A stretch of 64,000 bases of DNA from an uncultured Oscillospiraceae bacterium (lineage in GTDB: Bacteria; Bacillota; Clostridia; Oscillospirales; JAAYXM01). This document shows, piece after piece, positions 37,344-46,458 of the stretch. Under the pieces are notes generated by a model. That model did no database searches. It had not been told where the DNA came from and saw only the letters and a list, made by a program, of their open reading frames with translations. The stretch is taken from NCBI GenBank assembly GCA_934646115.1, contig CAKUEM010000004.1, positions 9,891-73,890 of the forward strand. Direction: 5' to 3'. Numbering within the stretch: position 1 is the first letter of the stretch; the number at the start of each line of letters is the position of its first letter. A program made the position numbers and the translations under genes.

Positions 37344-37895
37344 ATGATGCAAAATCCAGCGGACGTAGCTGCGCGCCTGCGTGAGCTGCGCGAGGTTTGC
37401 GGTTATTCGGTCGAGCAGCTCGCAAGCGAGCTTTCTATTGACCCAGAGATCTATGCGGGCTATGAAACGGATGGCCGCGATATCCCAATCAGCGTGATTT
37501 TTGAGGTCGCGAACCTGTTCCGCGTTGATTTTAACGAAATTTTAACCGGCATGGGCGGGAAACTGGATACTTATCATGTTGTCCGCGCGGGCGAAGGTCG
37601 CCCGACAGATCGACTGCCCGGCTATCGCTTTTCTGACCTCGCGTTTCGGTATGGACATAAGGTCATGCAGCCACTCCTGGTCACGCTTGACCCGTCGGAC
37701 GAGATGCCGAAGCTGGTCACGCACAAGGGGCAGGAATTTAACTTTGTGCTTTCCGGCGCGATCACAGTCGTGTTTGGCGACCGCGAGATCACGCTGCATG
37801 CCGGCGATTCGATTTATTTTAACCCCGCACTTCCACATGGTCAGAAATGCGCGAGTGACGTTCCTTCGAGCTTTCTTACCGTGATTGCTGAATAA
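37344..37895 (+). CDS. XRE-family HTH regulator with C-terminal cupin domain
   Basis: ATG 37344 behind aaaggagtg. HTH segment LRELREVCGYSVEQLASEL and cupin segment HKGQEFNFVLSG...GDSIYFNPALPHG. Confidence 0.8.
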   Translation: MMQNPADVAARLRELREVCGYSVEQLASELSIDPEIYAGYETDGRDIPISVIFEVANLFRVDFNEILTGMGGKLDTYHVVRAGEGRPTDRLPGYRFSDLAFRYGHKVMQPLLVTLDPSDEMPKLVTHKGQEFNFVLSGAITVVFGDREITLHAGDSIYFNPALPHGQKCASDVPSSFLTVIAE

Positions 37896-37912
37896 AAGAA
37901 GGAGAATGCTTC

Positions 37913-39577
37913 ATGTTACTCGACCGCTATTTACCCCGCATGGAATTTGAGTCCTATGAGGATTTTAAGGAAAATTATAAAGTGAATGTTCCGGAGGATT
38001 TTAACTTCGGCTACGATGTGGTAGACGCTTGGGCGCAGCAGGAGCCGGAGAAGCGCGCGCTCGTCTGGTGTGACGATCACGGTCATGAAAAGGTGTTCAC
38101 CTTTACAGATATTTCGCGCCTTTCCAACCAGGCGGCGAACTTTTTCCGCTCGATCGGCGTGAAGCAGGGCGATGTGGTCATGCTGATCCTGCGCCGCCGC
38201 TGGGAATACTGGATCTGCGCCACGGCGCTGCATAAGCTGGGCGCAATTTTGATCCCGGGCACGCTGCAGCTGACGAAAAAGGACATCGTATATCGCGCGG
38301 ACGCGGCGGGGATCTCCACAATCGTTTGCGTGAATGATCCGTTTGTCATCGAGCAGGTCGAGCAGACCATGCAGGAGACGAAAACGCTGAAAAACCGTAT
38401 CCTTGTGGAGGACCACCGCGAGGGCTGGCTGAATTTCGGCGATGAGATCGCCCGCCAGCCGGACACATGGGAGCGCGTGCAAACCCATGTGAAGGACACG
38501 ATGCTTGTGTATTTCACTTCCGGTACGACAGGGATGCCGAAGATGGTCGCGCATAATTTTTCTTACCCGCTTGGGCATATCGTTACCGCGAAATACTGGC
38601 AGCAGGTGCAGGAAAATAAGTTACATATGAGCGTGTCAGACTCGGGCTGGGCGAAGTTCGGCTGGGGCAAGATCTACGGTCAGTGGCTGTGCGGCGCGGT
38701 GATTTTTGCCTATGATATGGACAAGTTTGTGCCGCTGCATCTGCTTGAAAAAATTACAAAATATCAGGTCACAACATTCTGTGCGCCGCCCACGATGTTC
38801 CGCTTCATGCTGCAGGAGGATCTTTCGCAGTTTGATTTAAGCTGCGTCAAGCACTGCTGCATCGCGGGCGAGCCGCTCAACCCGGAGGTATTCAACCGCT
38901 GGTATGAGCGCACGGGTCTGAAGCTTTATGAGGGATTCGGGCAGAGCGAATCTTCCGTCATGCTGGCGAATTTCCAGTGGTTTGAGCCGATTCCCGGCTC
39001 GACGGGGAAGCCGTCGCCGTTATATGACATTCACCTGATCGATGCGGACGGCAATGATTGTCCGGACGGCGAGGAAGGCTCGATCGTCGTGATGGACGTG
39101 AAGAATCATCCGCCCACAGGGCTGTTTGTCGGCTATTACGGCGACGATGCATTAACCGAAACGAATTTGCATGGGAAGTATTACGATACCGGCGACATGG
39201 CATGGCGCGATTCCAACGGCTATTATTGGTTTATCGGCCGCAACGACGATGTGATCAAGTGCTCCGGTTATCGAATCGGTCCGTTTGAGGTGGAGAGCGC
39301 GCTGCTCACGCACCCGGCGGTGGTCGAATGTGCGATCACGGCGGCACCGGATCCGATTCGCGGTCAGGTCGTGAAGGCGACCTGCGTGCTTGCCGCGGGG
39401 TGGGCCCCGTCGGACGAGCTGGTGCGCGAGCTGCAAAATCACGTGAAGCATACGACTGCGCCGTATAAATATCCGCGCGTGGTCGAATTTGTGGAGGAAC
39501 TGCCAAAAACATTGGGCGGCAAGATCAAGCGCGCGCAGATCCGTCATGAAAACCACGAAAAGGCGAAGCAACAGTAA
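37913..39577 (+). CDS. AMP-forming acyl-CoA synthetase (ANL superfamily, medium-chain type)
   Basis: 554 aa, YFTSGTTGMPK, YYDTGDMAWRD, GYRIGPFEVE, LGGKIKR. Confidence 0.88.
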   Translation: MLLDRYLPRMEFESYEDFKENYKVNVPEDFNFGYDVVDAWAQQEPEKRALVWCDDHGHEKVFTFTDISRLSNQAANFFRSIGVKQGDVVMLILRRRWEYWICATALHKLGAILIPGTLQLTKKDIVYRADAAGISTIVCVNDPFVIEQVEQTMQETKTLKNRILVEDHREGWLNFGDEIARQPDTWERVQTHVKDTMLVYFTSGTTGMPKMVAHNFSYPLGHIVTAKYWQQVQENKLHMSVSDSGWAKFGWGKIYGQWLCGAVIFAYDMDKFVPLHLLEKITKYQVTTFCAPPTMFRFMLQEDLSQFDLSCVKHCCIAGEPLNPEVFNRWYERTGLKLYEGFGQSESSVMLANFQWFEPIPGSTGKPSPLYDIHLIDADGNDCPDGEEGSIVVMDVKNHPPTGLFVGYYGDDALTETNLHGKYYDTGDMAWRDSNGYYWFIGRNDDVIKCSGYRIGPFEVESALLTHPAVVECAITAAPDPIRGQVVKATCVLAAGWAPSDELVRELQNHVKHTTAPYKYPRVVEFVEELPKTLGGKIKRAQIRHENHEKAKQQ

Positions 39578-39586
39578 TGATTGAGC

Positions 39587-39625
39587 GAAAAAGCGCTCGG
39601 GTCACATGACCCGGGCGCTTTTTGT
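39587..39625. terminator. bidirectional rho-independent terminator between convergent genes
   Basis: aaaaagcgcucgggucA / Ugacccgggcgcuuuuu, a 17-bp stem including one G-U pair, with A-run and U-run flanks. It serves the acyl-CoA synthetase gene (+) and the rubrerythrin gene (-). Confidence 0.8.
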
Positions 39626-39641
39626 GTGTAAAAAACAGGTG

Positions 39642-40226
39642 TTACGGCGCGAGCGGCGTGGTGAAAAATCCGGTCGGGCGGTGGCAGACCGGGCACTGCG
39701 CGGGGACGTTGCTGCCGGTAAACGTATGCCCGCAGTTTTCGCATTTCCAGGTGATCGGGTTCGGCTTTGCATAGAGCGTGTTGCCGGAAAGCTGCTCGCG
39801 CATGGTCGTGAAGATCTGATTATGCGAGGCTTCGATGCGGGCAATTTGCTCGAATGAAGCGGCGATCTCCGAAAAGTTTTCGCTCCGCGCGATCTCCGCA
39901 AATTTCGGGTAGATCTCGGTCGCCTCCTGCGCCTCGCCATGCGCCGCGCTTTGCAGGTTTGCCAGACTGTCGCCGCCGGAAAACGGATAGCCCGCGTCAA
40001 ACGCGATGTTTGGAAATCCGCCCGGCGTGCCCTGCACCAGATAGTCCCAAAAAATGCGCGCGTGCGCATGCTCATTGCGCGAAATTTCAGAGATCACGCG
40101 GTATAGATACTCCTGCCCTTCTTTTCGCAGCTGCTCCGCCGTGAAGTCATAGCGGTTGCGCGCCTGGCTTTCCCCTGCAAATGCGCGCGCCAGATTTTTT
40201 TGTGTTTCCGTTCCTTCCAAATGCAT
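39642..40226 (-). CDS. rubrerythrin (classical order: diiron domain, then C-terminal rubredoxin-like domain)
   Basis: MHLEGTETQKNLARAFAGESQARNRY... and the C-terminal WKCENCGH...CPVCHRP. ATG 40226 behind aaggagc. Confidence 0.88.
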   Translation of the reverse strand: MHLEGTETQKNLARAFAGESQARNRYDFTAEQLRKEGQEYLYRVISEISRNEHAHARIFWDYLVQGTPGGFPNIAFDAGYPFSGGDSLANLQSAAHGEAQEATEIYPKFAEIARSENFSEIAASFEQIARIEASHNQIFTTMREQLSGNTLYAKPNPITWKCENCGHTFTGSNVPAQCPVCHRPTGFFTTPLAP

Positions 40227-40492
40227 CGTGATCGCTCCTTTCAAAGCAGAGTTTTTCCGGTTTGGAAGAAATTATACAAAAAAAGGAGACGAGCCTGTTG
40301 CGTTCAAGCTCGCCTCTAAAAAAGGGGGGGTATGTAAATTGGGACCTTGCTCAATCCCAATTTGCAAGTTCATTATAGCATTGCATGCTGCGAAATGTGT
40401 GAATAATTTGTGAATAAAAAAAGAATGTTTTGCAACGAATATTTTTCCGCCTGCGGCAAAAAATGAAGAAAAAGCATGCAGGAGGGGAGCGC

Positions 40493-41971
40493 ATGACATT
40501 TTGCGGAGATCTCAAGAAGGACATGGCGGCGCTGCGCGAGCGGCTGAAGGACGATGATACGATCGTGTTCCGCACGTTTGAAAATAAAACATCGATGCAG
40601 CTGCGCGGCTGTGTTGTGTATACCGAGGTGCTGGTCAGCACGCCGGTGATCGATCATTATATCGTTGCGCCGCTGATCAATACAGACATGAAAGCCCTGC
40701 GCCCCAAGCCGTATCTGGTCGATACCGTGATGGAAAAGGTACTGGAAGCAAACGAGGTGAAGGCGCATTCCACGCTGGAGGATGCGATCAGCGCGCTGCT
40801 GATCGGCGACACACTCATCCTGTTAGACGGCGCGCCATGCGTGATCGCGGCGAACTCAAAAAGCTATCCCGCGCGCGGTGTGGGCGCGCCGGAAACGGAG
40901 ACCACGGTCGCAGGACCGAAGGAAGCGTTTACTGAGGTTTTGGTGTTTAACATGGGACTTTTGCGCCGCAAGATGAAAAATCCCAAGCTCAAGCTCAAGA
41001 CAATGGAGGTTGGAAAAATCACAAAAACGCGCATTTGCTTAAGCTATGTGGAGGGATTGGTCGAGCCGATGCTGCTGGAGGAGCTGACCGCGCGGCTGCA
41101 ACACTTTGAGATCGACGCGGCGCTGGATTCGAACTATCTTGCCGAGCTGTGCCGCGACGATCGCGCCTCTCCGTTTAAAACGGTCGGAACGACGGAGCGC
41201 CCGGACGTGGTTGCGGGCAAGCTGCTTGAGGGGCGCGTTGCGATCCTGTGCGACGGCAGCCCATTCGCGCTGACCGTGCCGTTTCTGTTTTTAGAGAATT
41301 TTCAATCCAACGAGGATTATTATAATCATTTTTATTTTGCAACGTTTACGCGCATCATGCGCTATTTTTCGTTTTTTTTAACGATCAGCTTGCCCGGACT
41401 GTATGTTGCGCTCATCGCGTATCATAAAGAGATGATCCCGCTCAATCTCCTGCTCAGCATTGTGAATTCGCGCGATGCCGTGCCGTTTCCGGCGGTCGTT
41501 GAGATGGTGATCCTGCTGGTACTGTTCGATCTGCTGCGTGAGGCGGGGCTGCGCCTGCCCGCGCCGATCGGCGGAACGATCGGGACGGTGGGCGGCATTG
41601 TGCTGGGGCAGAGCATCGTGACCGCGCGCCTTGTTTCCGCCGAAATGATCATCATCGTTGCGGTTTGCGCGATCACGTCGTTTTTAACGCCGAAGCTCGA
41701 TATTGAGCTGATTTTATGCCGGATGCTGATTTTATTTTTCGCCGCAACACTTGGCATCTATGGCTATGCGATCGGGATCATCGCGATCCTTGTGCATCTT
41801 GCGAGCCTGCGCTCCTTCGGCGTGGAGTATTTGAGCTATCTGTCCGCGACCAGCGCGCAGACCGCGAAGGACGTCTATGTGCGCGCGCCGTGGTGGATGA
41901 TGCGGCGGCGCCCCGCGGCGATCCAGCGGCGGAACCTGACGCGTCTGCGGCACAAGGGGGCAAAACGATGA
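40493..41971 (+). CDS. spore germinant receptor A subunit (GerAA/GerKA family)
   Basis: ...LIGDTLILLDGAPCVIAANSKSYPARGV..PETETTVAGPKEAFTE... followed by TM segments. ATG 40493 behind aggagggg; alternative ATG at 40463. Confidence 0.88.
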   Translation: MTFCGDLKKDMAALRERLKDDDTIVFRTFENKTSMQLRGCVVYTEVLVSTPVIDHYIVAPLINTDMKALRPKPYLVDTVMEKVLEANEVKAHSTLEDAISALLIGDTLILLDGAPCVIAANSKSYPARGVGAPETETTVAGPKEAFTEVLVFNMGLLRRKMKNPKLKLKTMEVGKITKTRICLSYVEGLVEPMLLEELTARLQHFEIDAALDSNYLAELCRDDRASPFKTVGTTERPDVVAGKLLEGRVAILCDGSPFALTVPFLFLENFQSNEDYYNHFYFATFTRIMRYFSFFLTISLPGLYVALIAYHKEMIPLNLLLSIVNSRDAVPFPAVVEMVILLVLFDLLREAGLRLPAPIGGTIGTVGGIVLGQSIVTARLVSAEMIIIVAVCAITSFLTPKLDIELILCRMLILFFAATLGIYGYAIGIIAILVHLASLRSFGVEYLSYLSATSAQTAKDVYVRAPWWMMRRRPAAIQRRNLTRLRHKGAKR

Positions 41972-42960
41972 AACGGCGGCTTTTTGCGGCGCTTTTGCCG
42001 CTTTTTCTGCTCACCGGCTGCTGGGATTACAACGAGCCGAATATGCAGAGCTATGTGCTGGGTATGAGCGTGGATTTTATAGAAAATCAATACCTTGTCT
42101 GCATTGAAACGGTGAAGATCACGGGCGAGCCGGAATCACTAAGCTCCAGCGGCGGCGTGATGCTGGAGGCGCGCGGTTTAACGATGTTTGATGCGGTGCG
42201 CGATGCGATCATGTCCGCCGGGAAGAAGCTGTATTGGGGCCACGCAGAGCTTGTGATTTTGGGCGAGCAGGTCGCGCGCGAGCAGCTGGTCGCCGTGACG
42301 GACGTGCTGTCCCGCGCGCAGGATGTGTATTCCAACGTAAGCCTTGCGGTGGCGAGCGATGGCTGCACAGCGAAGCAGGTGCTCAGCGCCAAGTCGCCGC
42401 GCGGCACGATCGCGAGCGAGCATATCTCGCATGTGCTGCAAAACGAGGAGGCGTCGCGCCGGTTTGTCGATACCGAGCTATGGCAGCTTCAGCGCGGGTT
42501 TTCCTATACGCTGCTGCCCGCTGTTCATCTGGATCACGGGCAGCGGTATCCGGTCGTTGAGGGCTGCGCTGTGATTCAGAATAAAGCGCTCGTCGGCTAT
42601 CTGAGCGGCGAGGAGGTGCAGGCATATTCGCTGGTCGATTCCGCGTGCGCAGGCGGCTATTTGCCCGCGATCACGCTGGATTCCGGGGCGGTCGTGTCGC
42701 TTGAGGTCCTGCGCGCCGTGCCGACGCGGCTGAAAGACCAAACGCGCCTGGATGTGATCGTCTCGCTCTCCAGCGTGGATGGCGTTTGCGATATCATGGA
42801 TTCCGCGCTGCGGCATGAAATCTGCGAAAAGGCGAGCGCGCTGCTTTCGCGCCAGCTGGGCGGACTGGTCGCAAAGCCGTTTGGCAATCCGCTGCCGGAT
42901 TCGCGCTTTGACGTGCATGTCAGCCTGCACAGCGCCGGGCTGCTGCGCCGCAGCACCTAA
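41968..42960 (+). CDS. spore germinant receptor C subunit lipoprotein (Ger(x)C family)
   Basis: MKRRLFAALLPLFLLTGCWDY... has a lipobox LLTGC. The ATGA junction overlaps the A-subunit stop. The track extension to 41716 is rejected. Confidence 0.85.
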   Translation: MKRRLFAALLPLFLLTGCWDYNEPNMQSYVLGMSVDFIENQYLVCIETVKITGEPESLSSSGGVMLEARGLTMFDAVRDAIMSAGKKLYWGHAELVILGEQVAREQLVAVTDVLSRAQDVYSNVSLAVASDGCTAKQVLSAKSPRGTIASEHISHVLQNEEASRRFVDTELWQLQRGFSYTLLPAVHLDHGQRYPVVEGCAVIQNKALVGYLSGEEVQAYSLVDSACAGGYLPAITLDSGAVVSLEVLRAVPTRLKDQTRLDVIVSLSSVDGVCDIMDSALRHEICEKASALLSRQLGGLVAKPFGNPLPDSRFDVHVSLHSAGLLRRST

Positions 42961-42964
42961 GGGG

Positions 42965-43189
42965 GTGAGTGGCTTGGGCTTGATCATTGTTCCGGCGCTA
43001 TATGGTGCGATTTTATGGCTCGATCACCGTCTGTGCGCAGGCGCTGAACCGGAGGGACGCGCGGCGCGCACGCTGTATCGCGTTCTGGCCGTGCTGGCGC
43101 TGGTTTTCGCGCTGCCCACTTCGTTTGCGCTTCGGCTGGATCATGTGGGCGCGTCGCTTTCCGGGCTGGTTTCCATGTTTGCGCGGTAA
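42965..43189 (+). CDS. small two-TM membrane protein inside the ger operon (possible D-type receptor subunit)
   Basis: About 72-74 aa from GTG 42965 or TTG 42974. VSGLGLIIVPALYGAILWL...LYRVLAVLALVFALPTSFAL...LSGLVSMFAR. It fills the whole gap between the C and B genes on the same strand. Confidence 0.5.
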   Translation: MSGLGLIIVPALYGAILWLDHRLCAGAEPEGRAARTLYRVLAVLALVFALPTSFALRLDHVGASLSGLVSMFAR

Positions 43190-43201
43190 GAGGAGAGAAC
43201 T

Positions 43202-44287
43202 ATGACAAAAGAGATCATTACAAATCGGCAGGGGTTTACGCTGCTTGTGATTTTTACGATGTGCAACGCGTATTCGCTGCTGTTCGGCGCGGATTGCGGG
43301 CGCGATATCTGGATCGCGTATCTGCTCGCCGCGGCGCTTGCGGTTTTGCTTTGGGCGCTGCTGACGCGCAGCTTCGAGCGGCGGCCGTATGGCTCGCTGT
43401 TTGAGATGCTTTCCGCCGCGTTCGGAAATGTGGGCGGGCGCGTGGTCACGGCGCTGCTCTGCGTTTACGCGGCGCTGTCATGCACCACGTCGCTCGCGCT
43501 GTTCGGGCGCTTTACGCAGATGACCGCGCTTTCCAAAACGCCGCAGCTTCTGCTGCCGCTGCTTCTGCTTCTGCTTGCGGCATGGGGCTTAAAATCCGGG
43601 CTGGAGGTCGTTGCACGCGGCGCGAGCATGCTGTTTTATTTTGTGATTATCACGTTTTTATATTTCGTCATATTCGGCGTGCCGCTGCTTGACGCGCGCA
43701 ATATCACGCCGGTTCTTGCGGACGGGATCCTCCGCCCGGCGCGCAGCGCGCTTTCGATTTTTACGAACCAGTTTGGCGATACGCTGCTGCTGTTTGCCGT
43801 GTATCCAAGTATCCGGCGCGCGCCGAACCGGCGGCGGACGATGATCTGCGCAATGCTCAGTGCGGGCATTTTTGCCGCCGTGATCGCGCTGATCACGGTG
43901 CTCACGATCGGCGGAAATCAGACCGGGGCGGAATTCTTCCCGGTATTTACGATTTTATCGATCCGCAATATCGGCGGATATATCCGGCACATGGAAATTC
44001 TGACCTCGATCGCGATGACATTTTTCGTGTTCATCCGCGCGACGTTATGCCTTTATTTTATCGCAAACGCCTGCTCGCACCTGTTCTCCGCGCGCGGCTA
44101 TCAGCGAATTTTAACCCCGATCGCGCTGCTGATCGCGAGCGGAACGCAGCTTTTATATTGGGATATGATGAGCCTGCGCGCCCGCATCGAGAGCAACTGG
44201 AACCTGTATATCCTCATTCCGTTGCAGCTCATTTTGCCGGTCGTGACCGTGCTGTTGCTGCGGCGCTATCCGCCGCGCAGGGAATGA
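43202..44287 (+). CDS. spore germinant receptor B subunit (GerAB family, APC-type permease fold)
   Basis: 361 aa, MTKEIITNRQGFTLLVIFTMCNAYSLLFG..., 10 TM-like segments, RBS gaggag. Confidence 0.85.
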   Translation: MTKEIITNRQGFTLLVIFTMCNAYSLLFGADCGRDIWIAYLLAAALAVLLWALLTRSFERRPYGSLFEMLSAAFGNVGGRVVTALLCVYAALSCTTSLALFGRFTQMTALSKTPQLLLPLLLLLLAAWGLKSGLEVVARGASMLFYFVIITFLYFVIFGVPLLDARNITPVLADGILRPARSALSIFTNQFGDTLLLFAVYPSIRRAPNRRRTMICAMLSAGIFAAVIALITVLTIGGNQTGAEFFPVFTILSIRNIGGYIRHMEILTSIAMTFFVFIRATLCLYFIANACSHLFSARGYQRILTPIALLIASGTQLLYWDMMSLRARIESNWNLYILIPLQLILPVVTVLLLRRYPPRRE

Positions 44288-44291
44288 GCGC

Positions 44292-44615
44292 TTATGCAAA
44301 AAACTGCGCGAGAAATGCCGGGTCGGAAAGGCGCGCCTGCACGCGAAGCTTCCAGACCGCTTTATCGAGCGGCGAGGGCAGCGGGGCGCCCAGAATTGCT
44401 TCAACCTGCGCGCGGGAAAAGGAATATGCGCCGTCCTCCCATTCCAGCGTGAGCGCGGAGAGATTCTGAATCGAGGCAAACGCCGCGGTGTCATGCGTCA
44501 GCGCGTCCTGCTGCCGCGCATGCGTTTCCACCGGCGCGCGCTCCCGCTGGGGCATGAACCAGAACCGGATCAGGCAAAACAGCGCGATCAGGGCAAGGGG
44601 TAAATTATTTTTCAT
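44292..44615 (-). CDS. hypothetical membrane-anchored protein
   Basis: 107 aa from ATG 44615 behind aaagaggt. MKNNLPLALIALFCLIRFWFMPQ.... No recognisable domain. Confidence 0.5.
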   Translation of the reverse strand: MKNNLPLALIALFCLIRFWFMPQRERAPVETHARQQDALTHDTAAFASIQNLSALTLEWEDGAYSFSRAQVEAILGAPLPSPLDKAVWKLRVQARLSDPAFLAQFFA

Positions 44616-44730
44616 TTTGATTACCTCTTTGTGAATAAGATCACAACACATAGTACTATGTGTGTCAAGGTAATTTTGCGAAAAAGAAATGGCAGGGCGC
44701 GCACCCTGCCAAAGCATTAGCATAAAAGAG

Positions 44731-45204
44731 TTAGCGGATCAGGTCGCACACCGTTCCGCCGACGTAGGCGACCAGCGCATCCGTCCCCACCACGACCTGA
44801 CAGCCGCGCGCGCCCGCGCTGACGCTGATCCGGTCGCACAGCGTGCACATGCTGTCAAAATAAGTCGGGAACGATTTTTTCATGCCGACCGGGGAGCAGC
44901 CGCCGCGGATATATCCGGTCAGCCCCAGCAGGTCGCGCACATGCACCATCTCCACCTTTTTGTTGCCGGAGGCGCTTGCAGCGCGCTTGAGATCGAGCTC
45001 CTCCGCGACCGGGATAACAAACACGCAGGGACCGGATTTGTCGCCCCGCGCAACCAGCGTTTTAAATACCATTTCCGGCGCAAACCCCAGCGCCTCCGCC
45101 GCGTGAACGCCGGACAGATCGCTCTCCTCATAGGCGTATTCCTTGTATTCATACGGGATCTTCGCCTGATCGAGCAGGCGCATCACATTTGTTTTTTTCA
45201 TCAC
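44731..45204 (-). CDS. ybaK: Cys-tRNA(Pro)/Cys-tRNA(Cys) deacylase YbaK
   Basis: 157 aa, MMKKTNVMRLLDQAKIPYEYKEY...VFKTLVARGDKSG...IRGGCSPVGMKK. Confidence 0.88.
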   Translation of the reverse strand: MMKKTNVMRLLDQAKIPYEYKEYAYEESDLSGVHAAEALGFAPEMVFKTLVARGDKSGPCVFVIPVAEELDLKRAASASGNKKVEMVHVRDLLGLTGYIRGGCSPVGMKKSFPTYFDSMCTLCDRISVSAGARGCQVVVGTDALVAYVGGTVCDLIR

Positions 45205-45255
45205 TGCCTCCGAAATGCAAAAAACCCCTAAACAAGCGTTTAAAGGTTTTTAAAC

Positions 45256-45621
45256 TATGAGCAAGTCTATAAGCCGAGTTCTGTATTTGACAGTCATCTA
45301 TCTAAGCCGTGCGTTGCCGCATGGCTTCAGCCACCTCTGAAAAACGACCGGGCAAGTCTTTCCCGGGGGCATGCGCCCCCTCGGCTTTTCGTCACGGTGT
45401 TGCTCCGGATAGAGTTTACATGACCGGACAGTCTCCAGCCGGCCGGTGAGCTCTTACCTCACCTTTCCACCCTTACCGCATCGCTGCGGCGGTATCTCTC
45501 TGTTGCACTTTTCCTGAAGTCGCCTTCGGCGGGCGTTACCCGTTATCCCTGCCCTATGGAGCTCGGACTTTCCTCGTGTGCGGGCTTTCGCCCTGCACCC
45601 GCGACTGTCTGGCTTACTCAC
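45256..45621 (-). ncRNA. rnpB: RNase P RNA (ribozyme subunit)
   Basis: The minus-strand RNA contains the universal GAGGAAAGUCCGAGCUCCAUAGGGCAGGG...GGGUAACGCCCG core and ACAGAACUCGGCUUAUAG near the 3-prime end. P1 can form between 5-prime GAGUAAG and 3-prime CUUGCUC. Length is about 365 nt; ends are accurate to about 5 nt. Confidence 0.9.
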
Positions 45622-45627
45622 GAATTT

Positions 45628-45656
45628 ATTATAGCGGGTGCGCGGCGCGTTGTCAA
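45628..45656 (-). promoter_or_regulatory. exact-consensus sigma-A promoter of rnpB (TTGACA-17-TATAAT)
   Basis: Plus strand shows attata at 45628-45633 and tgtcaa at 45651-45656 with a 17-nt spacer. The -10 ends 7 nt before the inferred RNA 5-prime end. Confidence 0.7.
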
Positions 45657-45772
45657 CCGTTGGAATTATGACGGGAAAGCGCAAAAATATGCGAAAAAGA
45701 TTGTCAAATTGCGCCGTTGACTTCCGCCGCGCGGTGTAATAAAATATTCCCGGTATTGAAGGAGGAAGTTTC

Positions 45773-46399
45773 ATGCTGTATATTATGAGTAAGGAGATCG
45801 ACGTGGAGAAGTCTGAAATTCTCTATGCGCCGGTCTTTGACGAAGAAACGCTGAAAAACGACTGGGAGATCTCCGGCGGAGATTGGTCTGTGAAAGACGG
45901 ATGGGTCACCGGAACATACCGCGAGAATGCGGGCGGGCTGATCTACACCTGGCGCGAGTTCCCGGGCGATATCATGCTGGATTTCAAGGCGAAATCCATC
46001 CCGCCCTGCAATAATGACTTAAACTTTTCCTGGAAAACCACCGGGTGGGACTATGAGAAAAATGACGCGGCGGAGGGCTATATCGCGGGGCTCAACGGCT
46101 GGTGGGAGAACAAGGCGGGCATCGAGCGGTATCCGACCTGTATCCCGAACTGCGCAACGCCGCTGTTTGATATGAAGCCGGGGCAGCTTTATCACCTGCA
46201 GGCGGGCAGCATCGGCGGGCATTGCTTCATCTGTGTGGATGGCAAGCTGGTCATCGAAATGACCGATCCGGACCCGGATTCGCTGCCGGGGCATCGCGTC
46301 GGTCTGGGCACATATTGCAGCCAGATCTCGTTTACTGACTTTAAAGTGCGCAAAATTGCGTGGAAACCGCGCGTTTTGGAGTATACGCCGAACTTTTAG
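45773..46399 (+). CDS. hypothetical protein, probably a concanavalin-A-like/jelly-roll fold (DUF1961-like)
   Basis: 208 aa behind aaggagg. ...NDWEISGGDWSVKDGWVTG...GHRVGLGTYCSQISFTDFKV.... The resemblance to YesU-type proteins is judged by eye only. Confidence 0.5.
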   Translation: MLYIMSKEIDVEKSEILYAPVFDEETLKNDWEISGGDWSVKDGWVTGTYRENAGGLIYTWREFPGDIMLDFKAKSIPPCNNDLNFSWKTTGWDYEKNDAAEGYIAGLNGWWENKAGIERYPTCIPNCATPLFDMKPGQLYHLQAGSIGGHCFICVDGKLVIEMTDPDPDSLPGHRVGLGTYCSQISFTDFKVRKIAWKPRVLEYTPNF

Positions 46400-46401
46400 T
46401 A

Positions 46402-46445
46402 AAAAAGCATCCCGAAATGATTTCGGGATGCTTTCGCTTTTTAAA
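46402..46445. terminator. bidirectional rho-independent terminator
   Basis: aaagcaucccgaaa / uuucgggaugcuuu, a 14-bp stem with A-run and U-run flanks, between convergent genes. Confidence 0.8.
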
Positions 46446-46458
46446 ATCATGCTTTGCG

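Noticed and set aside
40396-40416. Tandem gtgaataa motifs upstream of the ger operon, considered as a sigma-G/sigma-F promoter.
   Set aside because: A -35-like GAATA is present, but no matching CATnnTA -10 lies at the correct spacing. This is too weak to annotate.
45454-45774. Track ORF 45454..45774 (-), 106 aa.
   Set aside because: It lies on top of the RNase P RNA and its promoter.
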